Of a DNA stretch of 11,689 bases, positions 1 to 9,063 are shown in pieces. The stretch comes from Geosiphon pyriformis uo1 (taxonomy: Eukaryota; Fungi; Glomeromycota). The stretch lies in NCBI GenBank assembly GCA_016748015.1, contig JAAOMT010000293.1, positions 1-11,689 of the forward strand, in the 5' to 3' direction. Each line of letters begins with the position of its first letter. Position 1 is the first letter of the stretch. Under the pieces are notes generated by a model. It worked only from the letters and a program-made list of their open reading frames with translations. It ran no database searches and was not told the origin of the DNA. Both the position numbers and the translations under genes were made by a program.

Positions 1-2
1 TT

Positions 3-370
3 GATGACAATAACAATGTTACCCCTTTAATTGCAAAGCCCAAGTGACTAGTTACTTCATTGATCTGATCTTAAACAGTAAATTATTTGTCAATATCATT
101 GTTAAATATTTTCTGAAAGCCATTAATAAAAAGATTAATAAACCCTTAACCAAATCTATAACTAATATGCATGGTAATAAAAAAAAGAACTTGGTATAGT
201 TAAAGCTATTTCTGTTTACATTAATGGTATTAGCATTAAAACTGACATGAAAGTATTTGAAGCTAAAAAATATACTATCATTGTTGGCAATAAATGGCTC
301 AAAAAAACAAAAGCCTTGCTTAATTATGAACTTTGTAAACCAATCATTAAATATAGTAAAAACTTATTAT
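3..370 (+). pseudogene. pol: Retropepsin-like aspartic protease domain of pol (decayed)
   Basis: 62-85 reads DLILNSKL, i.e. LILDSGS after GAC->AAC, GGA->AAA and TCA->TTA. 277-300 reads IIVGNKWL, matching the ILGxDWL-type motif. Frameshifts near 32 and in the A-run at 179-186. Confidence 0.85.
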
Positions 371-623
371 AGTTAAGTGTTGTTATTGAACAACTCTTTT
401 AGTATCTAAGCAAAACCAAAAAAAAGAACAATCAGATAAAAATTAAGAAGAACAAAAAAAAACTATTGAACTTGTTTATACTATTTTTATTAGCAATAAC
501 AAGCCACTAGATAATATTAAAGCTAACAAAAAAAGAATTGTTGTAAATAGCAAGCTAATTTGTTGGCTCTACTATAACATATTCAAAAATATTTTTAACA
601 GAAAATCTAACAAGAAAGCCAAA

Positions 624-716
624 TACAATTATTGGTAATATGATCTTTGTGCTTGGTGCTAGTGTAATAAACTTTTGTATTTTTCTAGTGATAAATGCAA
701 GTTTTGTCTGATTTAT
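624..716 (+). other. Cys-rich insert between protease and RT (C-x2-C-x-C-x10-C-x2-C), possible Zn-binding module
   Basis: In the RT frame it reads YNYW*YDLCAWC*CNKLLYFSSDKCKFCLIY, with Cys codons at 648, 657, 663, 696 and 705. Metal binding is inference. Confidence 0.5.
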
Positions 717-914
717 TACAAAGATTGAAAACCAATTAGTTTAATATCTAGAAAAAAAATAAAAGAAATACAGAAGTCTTTTGAGAATGAACTATCTAAG
801 ATTCAATTACTTGCAATAAAACAAAAAAAAATTTTTTCTGAAGAAAGAAAAGTAGATATTGAAAATCTGTTTGCTAGAAATAGCCCAGTTATCTCAAAAA
901 AAAGTAATACTCTT

Positions 915-1850
915 AGATAAATTTATGTGATACAATACACTATTACCACCAAAGAATCTTATCTTATCTATTTGAAGTCTTATTAATTCAATCAATGTAA
1001 TAATAAGTTTATCAAGAAAAAAATAAACCAAATAAAAAATTCTGAATTCATATAAGAAACCAAGAATAAATAGGCTTTTTCAGTTATAGTGGTATCTAAA
1101 AAAGGTAAAATTCTATGCTTCTATATTAACTGTTGCCAATTAAATATTATTACTGAAAGAAACATATATCTACTTTTCAAAATTAATGTAATACTAGACA
1201 AATTTAATAATACTGCTTTTTTCTCAATTATTGACTTAACTGCTGGATTTTGGCAAATAAAAATAAATCCAAAAAGCAGAAAGAAAACTGTTTTTATTAC
1301 TAAGTATGATATCTACAAATTCATAGTTATGCTTTTTGGTTTCATTAATGCTCCTTTCATTTTTTAATACCTAATAAACAAAGTATTTGAATCAATAAAA
1401 AGAAATTTTGTTCTGATCTATTTGAACAACATAATAATATATTCAAAAATCTAAGATGAATATCTTGAACACTTGTAAAAAGTTTTTGATCTTCTTAGAA
1501 ATGCTGGCCTTAAGATAAATCCAATAAAATCTTTTTTTAGACAACAATCTATCTAGTTTCTTGGTTATTTTATTACAAAAAATAGAATTTTTTTTGATTT
1601 AGCTAAAGTTGAAAAAGTTCAGAATATTAAACAACCAATAAATGTTTCTGAACTATGCTCTTTCCTTGGTTTGGCTTTTTACTATTGCAAATCTATTAAA
1701 AATTTCTCTAAAATCGTCTTTTCTTTTAATTAGCTACTCAGAAAAAATGTCAATTATTACTGAAACACTCATCAACAAAAAGCTTTTGAAACTCTAAAAA
1801 AAAAACTTGTTACTAAACCAATTCTTAAACAACTTGACTTAAATTAATCT
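915..1850 (+). pseudogene. pol: Gypsy reverse transcriptase and connection region (decayed; includes ORF 1089-1367)
   Basis: Motifs: FSIIDLTAGFWQI, KTVFIT, VMLFGFINAP (MPFGLxNAP), YLNN at 1419-1430 (YLDD with both GAC->AAC), GLKINPIKS, FLGY, SFLGLAFYY and QKAFETLK. Confidence 0.96.
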
Positions 1851-2216
1851 TTTATTTTATATACTAATACATCTGACTATAAACTTGGTACTGTTCTCTT
1901 ACAAAAAAATAAAGATGACAAGAAACATGTTATAACATATGCCAGTAGAACTCTTATACCAGTAGAACAGAACTATTTAGTTACTAAACAAAAATGCTTA
2001 GTAGTAGTTTAAGCTACTAGTTACTAGAATCAATATTTTCTTGGTGTAAAATTTCTAGTAATAAGAGATTATTAAGCCTTGGTCTAGTTATTTAACAAAA
2101 AGAAGCTAAAACACAAAAAAATAACTTACTGAATATTTCATCTAAATGAATTTGACTATGACATTTAACACCACAAAGAGACAAATCATTAAAATGCTGA
2201 TGCTTTTTTTAGACTT
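1851..2216 (+). pseudogene. pol: Ty3/Gypsy RNase H domain (decayed)
   Basis: FILYTNTSDYKLGTVLLQ at 1851 (FILYTDASDYGLGAVLSQ), YASRTL, EQNY, and NADAFFRL at 2193-2216 (NADALSRL). The flanking motifs are in the RT frame. Confidence 0.93.
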
Positions 2217-2282
2217 ACCACTTAGTAATAGTACAACTTTTTAATCAAACTAACTTACTATTAATATTTTTTTTTAACAAAC

Positions 2283-3590
2283 ATGATAATAAACTTAAAT
2301 AACTACTTTGCTTTAATAGAATTTTTGGGTAAAAAACAATACTCACTAAAATACATTTAACAATAAAGAGAACATTTGTGCAAACAATCAAATTTTTATT
2401 TGATTTGCCAAAACCAATTATATAAAAGAAATAAAAAAAATTCTAACTGCTCTTAAAAAGTCATAAGATTTGAAAAAAAAGAAATTGTGATCTACAACAT
2501 GCATATTAATCTATTAGCTGAACACTTTGAAAAAACAAAAACAATTCAGAAAACTTAAGCTTGTTATTATTAGCTTATTTTAAAAAAAAAACATTACTAA
2601 ATACATTAAAACTTGTAACATTTGTTAAAAAAAAGAAAAACTTAATCACAAAAAAAATATTCATCCAATCTCTGTTGGTTAACTATTTGACAAAATTGGC
2701 ATAAATGTTGTTAAACTTTTAACAATAATTTCTAATGACAATAGATACATTATTATAGCTGATTATCTTATAATATAAGTAGAAGCAAGAGCCACTCCAA
2801 ACCAAACAGCAGTCTTAATAGCCAATTTCATTTATAAAGATATTATTTATAAAAATATTATTTGTTGCTATGGCTGCCCTAAAAAACTTTTATCTGATAG
2901 AAAAAAAGTTTTTCTTAGTATATCAATTAAAAAACTTTGTAAAAAAATAAGAATACATTATAAATTTTTTTCTTTTTACCACTCTAAACAAATTACTTAG
3001 TAGAATGTTTCAATAAAACCCTATGTGAAACATTAGCCAAAACCAATAAAGAAACAAACTTATAAAACAAAATACTACTTTTAGCTTTGTTTGCTTATAG
3101 AACTGTGAATTATAACATAACAAGTTATAAACTTTTTTATCTGTTTTATGAATGAATAGCAACTTTACTAATAAAAATTGTTATTAAGACAATACTCTTT
3201 AAAGAAATAACAATAGAAAATTACAAAAACATTTTGTAAAGAAGACTTGGTATCATTCTTAACTTCTTAGTAGAAGCACAAATAATTGTCTTTGAAAAGA
3301 TAAAACAGTTCCAAAAAAAGCTTAAAAAGAAAAAGACTTAAAAAACACTTTTCTTAAGTTTTGGTGACTTAATTTTAGAATATTGCTTAGACAAAAACAA
3401 TGTTTATAGTAATAAATTCTCTAACCAGTAAAAAAAACTCTTTTTAGTCAAAAAAGTTTTGAATAATGATTTTTATATCCTACAAGATCAATATAAAACA
3501 ATCTTTAATAATTATTCTGTTCATAGTACACAATTCAAAAAATATCACAAATGACCTAATTGGTTGTCTGTTGTAGTAATACTAATCCAA
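2283..3590 (+). pseudogene. Integrase with HHCC, DDE core and GPY/F module (decayed)
   Basis: HHCC: H2502, H2523, C2614, C2623. Core: IGINVV (D->N at 2704), VEARA, LLSDR (D2896) and LVECFNKTL (E3003). The D-to-E distance of 107 nt equals D35E with a 1-nt deletion. Downstream: ALFAYRT, GDLIL, and *KKLF near 3430 (WEGPF). Confidence 0.93.
2830..2859 (+). repeat. 15-bp in-frame tandem duplication inside the integrase core
   Basis: ATTTATAAAGATATT followed by ATTTATAAAAATATT (IYKDI / IYKNI), with one G/A difference. Confidence 0.9.
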
Positions 3591-3618
3591 ATGATCAATA
3601 AAAATTAGATATAAATAA

Positions 3619-4260
3619 ATGCACTATTTTCAAAACAGAGATATCTTTAATCAATATAAACAATTATTTCCTGGATTAAAACATTTAAAATGCTTTTTAT
3701 ACTTTTTATAAGTATTGGATTAAAAACTATCCAAATATTACTTTGATTATTAGAAAACAGACTACTATAACTGATAACAATAGAACACATATTGTTATTA
3801 GACCAAAAAAACCACTATTAAAAGAAAAAAAATTGGTAGCAAAATAAATAAATATCTGCTAAAAAGTATAAAAGCAACAATACTTTCACTCTTCATTACA
3901 ATTGGAAAAACAATTAAGAAAATTTTATTCATAAAAAAAACTTGTTATATGGAAAACAACTAAAACTCTATTTTTACCTTGGTAAAATTACAAAAAATAT
4001 GAAGCTTATAAAGAAAACAACTTCAAAGATACAAGTAGAAATTTTGAACATTATATGATTAAATGTTTCAAAAGTTTTAACTATTGCTAAAAGAACCAAA
4101 ACTCTTATATAAAAATTTAATTTCTTGAATACAAAACTCATTTTAATTCAAATATTATATATCTTATCTACAAAAAACTTTAATAAACTAGTTAGTTTTG
4201 AGCTAAACAAACTTTTTAATTAGATTATCTCATGAATAACTTGATTTCACCAAAGCTCAA
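3619..4260 (+). pseudogene. Probable decayed extra ORF between integrase and PPT, unknown function
   Basis: ATG at 3619 just after the integrase end. Coding-like segments: MHYFQNRDIFNQYKQLFPGL, LLYGKQLKLYFYLGK, KVLTIAKRTK, ILYILSTKNFNKL, and terminal DFTKAQ (4243-4260). The frame cannot be fully reconstructed. Confidence 0.5.
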
Positions 4261-4267
4261 TTTTTTT

Positions 4268-4278
4268 AAAAAGGATTA
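4268..4278 (+). other. Polypurine tract remnant
   Basis: T7 then AAAAAGGA then TTA, immediately before the inferred LTR start. G->A decay of a G-rich PPT would give this. Confidence 0.55.
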
Positions 4279-5012
4279 TATTATAATTAAAACCTATACT
4301 TTTTATTAATTATTACATATATTAATTATTAATATTATATAATTAGCCATTTTATCTTAAGATAGTAATAATTAACCTGATTAATGATCTAACTATTGAC
4401 TTGATTATTGATTTGATATTGATCTGATCAATGACATGATTATTGATCTAATTATTGATCTAATTATTAACTACTTTCAATAACTATTTATGTAATAAGT
4501 CTCTTAGCTATAGAAAAACATAATCAAAATAATAAAATAAAACTTATTATTAATTACTTCCTCTCATATCACTTATTTCCTTTTTCCTATCTTCAAGTAT
4601 TTAAACATCTTGGAATAAAAGATTACTTGTTGACATTCATATACCTTATTTTTTTCTCTTTTTTAATATGTATTGTTAGAATTAGCCTAAGAAGTAATTG
4701 CTTGTTCTTGTAATTTTTTGAATAAAAAAATGATTAAAAAGCACAACAATAGCTGTTATTAATTCTAAGAATTGCTGAGTTGAAGCATAAAAAATAGTAG
4801 TGTTATTTTATTAATAATTACAAACTATTTTTCTATTTTTAGATTTCTAAAAAAAATTTGCGACTGTAATTTTTATAAACTGATCATGTACATTGAATCT
4901 TTATTTATTCAATTTGCTCTTATATTGTAATCCTCTTTTTTTGATTATTTCTATTACTCTATAATTCTGTTTTCTCTTGTTATCTATTAGCTTGTTACTT
5001 TAATTCATAACA
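4279..5012 (+). repeat. 3' LTR (~734 bp)
   Basis: Starts TATTATAA (4279) and ends TCATAACA (5005-5012). The reverse complement of the end, TGTTATGA, equals the start after two G->A changes (canonical TG...CA termini). Preceded by the PPT, non-coding, and the LINE frame starts right after it. Confidence 0.75.
4368..4473 (+). repeat. ~9 copies of a 12-bp tandem repeat (consensus ATTATTGATCTR) in the LTR U3 region
   Basis: Units: ataattaacctg, attaatgatcta, actattgacttg, attattgatttg, atattgatctg, atcaatgacatg, attattgatcta, attattgatcta, attattaacta. Confidence 0.9.
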
Positions 5013-5818
5013 ATATAAACAAAAATCAGTAAAAGTTTGAAATTAAAAAAGTGAATAAAATAAAATAAGCTTATTTTAAAAATGTCTTATTTGCAAGAAT
5101 ATCTTTGGTATTGAAAAGCTTTTAGAGAACAAAAAAAATAGAAGATTTAAATTTGATGTGGAATTTTTTCAAAAATATAATAGTAAATTTGGCTAAGAAA
5201 GTTTTTGCTAAGCAGTAATTCAACAAAATTAATGTGTTTAAAAATAAACAATTATTTAAGTTCTATAAGTTAGAGATTTTGGTTTTCAAAATTATAAAGT
5301 CTTTTGCTTTAAGTAATACAGATAAGTTTTATAATTTCATTCAAGTTTGGTTTAGATTTAACAATATTGGTGCTATTAAAATTCTATCTTTGGATAATTT
5401 TTTTTTGAATTTAAAAAATATTGTATATTATCTGTTAAATATTAGAAAAAAATATTATGCATTCAAATTTCAAGAGTCTAAGACCATAAAAATGTTTAAA
5501 GTTAGAAAGTTAATTAAAAAATATATAGAAAATTTCTGTACAAACAAAAGTCAAATAATTAGAAATGTGCTGGAATATTTTTTTAGAAGGTAATTTTAGA
5601 TTATTTGATAGTTAATAGAGAACTGGTTTTAGAGTCTAGTGAAATTAAATCTAAAGTGAATAGTATTATAAAAAGTTAAAACAAAAAACATGTAATTCTT
5701 AAAATATTATTTGGCATTGGTTTTTTTAATATTTTTTACTGAATTATGTTGATAATATTGTTTATTCTAGTATTATAATTAGAATTAATATAAAAAATTG
5801 GTTTAAGTAATTAAAAAA

Positions 5819-6800
5819 CTGCTAGATAATAAAACCACTGAATTGTTAAAAATTTCTAATAAAATTTAAAAACATAATAGTAACAAGATGTTAAATTGTC
5901 TTATAAATATTTTGAATTTATGTTTAGTTTTTGGTTTAGTTTTCACTTCTTAGAAAAAGACTTGGATTTTTATAATCCTAAAACCATATAATTAAAATAG
6001 TATTTTAATAAATATCAGATCTATTCTATTAATTAAGACAGCTAAAAAAATTTGTTTAAGATTTTTTCAGATCAGATATTTTTAACTTGTAATAACTTTG
6101 AAATTCTCTACAGAAATAATTTTTTGGTTTTAAGAAGTATATTTACTTAAACTTCGATTTTTATTATTGGTTTAATTGTAAAAAATGCTTTAAAAAAAAT
6201 AAAAAAGTGTGACTAGTTTTATAAGATTTGTGTAAAGCTTATAATTTTGTTGGTTAACAACATTTAAAGAACTGTTTAATTAGAATCAAAATATGTTTAT
6301 ATTTCATTAGGTTTTTTGAAAGTATTTACAATAGTCAAATTAATTGTGTAATAATAAATTTTGTACTTTTTAATAATTATGTTGTACAAAATAGATTAGA
6401 TTAAGGTAAAGTATTCTTTTCTTTGTTTTAAAAAAGTTTTCATGACTTTTTTTATGTAAAGTCAAATAACATAAGCAATTATATAGTTATAAATTAATTC
6501 TAAATTTGTAGTAAAGTTAAGCAGAATTGAAGATAAAATTAAAATAACAACTTATTTTGTTGCTAAAACATTTGTAAATAATACAATATAAGTAAATAAT
6601 AATTAGTTTACTATATAGTATATCTTAAATATAGCCAGTAAATTTTTGTACTTAATAATATTTTTTTAAATAACAAAAAAACTGTGGCTATTTTTATTAA
6701 CTAAATAATTAAAAAGACTTCTTTATTTATCAATAACATGTCAATTGTAGTGGCTAAAAAGAGTAAATTTTATTGATACTTGGGCATATTTTTAATAATA
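5819..6800 (+). pseudogene. LINE reverse transcriptase domain (decayed)
   Basis: LLDNKTTELLKISN (LPxxKAxGxSGISN), IILKP...NIRSILL (IPKP...NxRPIxL), DLCKAYNFV at 6225-6251 (DLRKAYDSV), RLD*GKVFFSL at 6393 (GLDQGEVFSPL), FVNNT at 6571-6585 (FVDDT), LNNKKT, and Y*YLG at 6771. Confidence 0.93.
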
Positions 6801-7662
6801 AAAGAACTGTCAAAACTTAGCTTGGTCAAGACATAATTTGATATTAAATTTTTTTTAAATGTAATATTATACAAAACTATTTTTGATAAACAATTTTGTT
6901 ATTTGATTTTTTTTGTTTTATAGTTTATTATTAACTACAGAATACAATTTAGTTTTGCTCCTAAGAATATATATGCAAAATAGAATATTATGATTAAGCA
7001 AAGCTTAAAATCAAGACAAGTCTTTTATATAATTTTCCTATAAATACATTAATCTATCTGTTTTTTATAGCTTAAAAACTTTTGGTCAGATACAGACTGA
7101 AGAAAAAGCATCTTTTGTACTGAGATTTATGAATGCTTCTGAAGTTTTAAAGAAAATTTTTATTTACTATTGTATAAACTTATAAGTTTTTAATTAATTA
7201 TTAGTGTATTTTTTGTGTTATTCCATAAGATTAAGTCTTAATTCTAAGAACAATTTTCTGGCTAGAATTGTAAAATATTTTTATTTTGTAATATATTATT
7301 TTTTGTTATACTATTAAATGCTTTTTACTTCTTTAATAGAATGCCAATATTTAATTTTTTCAGAGATGCCAGCTTTTTTAAAGTGGTTTGGTCTTTAAAA
7401 CGTTTTAAGATGGCTTTTGTAGAGCAGTTACTAGACAAAAAAAACATTGTTTTAATTAGAAGTGTTTTAAATATTGGAAACAGTTAAATTTGTGGGGTTT
7501 TGTTCTTAAGTAGTTTAATTCAATTATCCAATTTTTAAATAGTAGGCTGAATACTGTATGTAATTTTTTTATTTGTTTGATTATTGTTTTCTTGGTTTTG
7601 ATATCATTAACTTGATTACTCATATTAGAAATAATTTGTTAAGATTTAATTTAAGTTTTTTT

Positions 7663-8050
7663 AATGTTTATACAGATAAATCATTAAAAATTTTGGTTTA
7701 ATTTTGATTATTGAAGAGACTACTATTTTTTTTTAATGTTAATTTGGATATTGGAGTTAAAATGTGTGGTATTATGTTATTAATATTGGTTAAACTAAAG
7801 GCTATATTTTTTCTACTCATTTGTGTTTTTGTAAAAAGTGTTATGATTATTAATTTAAACAGCCAGATTAATATTTGTGTTTATATTGATGAGTTATAAT
7901 TGGCTTTACTTAATTTTAGAAAGCATTTATAAATAGAATAATAGCAAATAGTTAATTTTATTAAAGAAAAAATTTTGTTAGTTTCTTGGATTAAAATAAA
8001 AAGTTATAATAATAATATGGAAAATAAACATACTAACATGCTTATCTCTA
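7663..8050 (+). pseudogene. LINE RNase H domain, RNase H1-like (decayed)
   Basis: VYTDKSL at 7666-7686 (VYTDGSL), LVKLKAI (LAELxAI), NLNSQ (xSDSQ), and WIKIKSYNNNMENKHTNML (WxKVKGHxxxxGNExADxL). Confidence 0.88.
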
Positions 8051-8389
8051 ATATTTGTCTTTTTGGTTTAGTTTTTTCTATGAAGTTTTTATTCAGTAAA
8101 ATGATAAAGCATTGTCTTATAATATTCATTATTATGTCAAAATATTTTATAAGATTTTGTGTTATTTTAGGTAAAAAAATAAATTTAGATCTAAAGTAAT
8201 AAAAAACTACAATATTAATAAAGTAAACTAAAAAAAACATCTAAAATTTAGTATTCTAATAAACACATGGCTTTTGGTTTCATATTTTGCTTGTTAACTG
8301 CTTTGTATATTTACTTTATAAAGACTTTATATAAATATCTAATTACTGTTAAAAAGTATTTATATGATGTATTATATTTAAATATAGTG

Positions 8390-8437
8390 TATTTGTTCTG
8401 TAATAAAACTAAGATGTCTGATTATGCTTTTAGATGT
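8390..8437 (+). other. LINE C-terminal CCHC zinc-knuckle remnant
   Basis: YLFCNKTKMSDYAFRC equals C-x2-C-x7-H-x3-C after TGT->TAT and CAT->TAT. Confidence 0.7.
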
Positions 8438-9063
8438 TTTTCAAACAAAACTACTTGTAATAAAATTTTAAAAAAGTTTAAAAAATTATAAATATTATTT
8501 GTAAATATTGCTATATTTTTTTTTGTAGTTTAGTAAAACTTGTTTTTTTATGTATATAATATTGAATAATATATTATTTTAGTAAAAAAAACTTGTATCT
8601 AAAAGCTAGTATTATAAAACTTTAATAGTCTTAGGTGGTTTTGAACTAACTGGTAAGTTTGTTATAAATTTTATAAAAAACTTAATATTAACTTACAAAT
8701 TCAAAATAAAATTTTGCAGATTTGTATACAAAACTAATTTAAAAAAAGAAGATTTAGTAGTTGTCAATATTGATACAGAACTTTGTAAAAATAGTAGTAT
8801 AAGCAAATTAGATAATAGAACAGTTATATTATTAAGTATTAAGAAAAATAAAAGAGTATATTTTGATGTATTTTAAATATTTGTTTTTTTTGGTCTAGAT
8901 AGTAACATAGTAGTAATAACTAATATATAATTTTGTCTTAATTGGCTTAAATGGCTAGTCACATATAACAAGTATATAAATTGTATTTAGTTTATAATAT
9001 GTATATGTCATATGTTTTTAGATAGCAATTAGATTTTATTTGTTAAAACATAATAGTAATAAT

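Larger units (their letters stand above)
1..5012 (+). mobile_element. Degenerate Ty3/Gypsy LTR retrotransposon, 3' portion (gag and 5' LTR lie upstream of the window)
   Basis: Domain order PR-RT-RNase H-IN (Ty3/Gypsy order) is readable through stops and frameshifts, followed by a purine tract and an LTR-like segment ending in CATAACA at 5012. Confidence 0.95.
5013..9063 (+). mobile_element. Degenerate non-LTR retrotransposon (LINE-A) with RT, RNase H and C-terminal CCHC; 5' part absent here
   Basis: Decayed ORF from 5015 to the stop at 8928-8930, then a ~130-bp 3' UTR ending in TAATAGTAATAAT. ORFs 5234, 7711, 7975 and 8267 of the track are fragments of it. Confidence 0.92.

Noticed and set aside
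3540-3720. Chromodomain after integrase (chromovirus)
   Set aside because: No recognisable YLVKWxG-type motif in the frames I read, even allowing for transitions.
4368-4473. CRISPR array or telomeric repeat
   Set aside because: Contiguous 12-bp units without spacers, no cas genes, and located inside an LTR.
4870-4880. TATA box (TATAAA) in the LTR
   Set aside because: Such hexamers are ubiquitous here after hypermutation, so it cannot be supported without a consensus or TSS data.
915-6800. Prokaryotic RT system (retron, DGR, group II intron, defence RT) suggested by two adjacent RTs
   Set aside because: One RT sits in a PR-RT-RH-IN-LTR context and the other has LINE motifs with RNase H and CCHC. 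Their adjacency is explained by nesting.
8004-8240. Minus-strand 78-aa ORF
   Set aside because: Antisense to the LINE ORF, with F/I/K/L/N composition typical of AT-rich noise and no motif.
1089-8491. Plus-strand ORFs 1089, 5234, 7711, 7975 and 8267 as functional genes
   Set aside because: Each is a stop-free fragment of a decayed TE polyprotein, and homology or the reading frame continues beyond its ends through stops and frameshifts.
1-8930. Alternative genetic code or organellar origin explaining the in-frame stops
   Set aside because: TAA replaces both Trp and Gln, and TGA replaces both Trp and Arg. Catalytic Asp residues are Asn and frameshifts occur. Mutation explains this; recoding does not.
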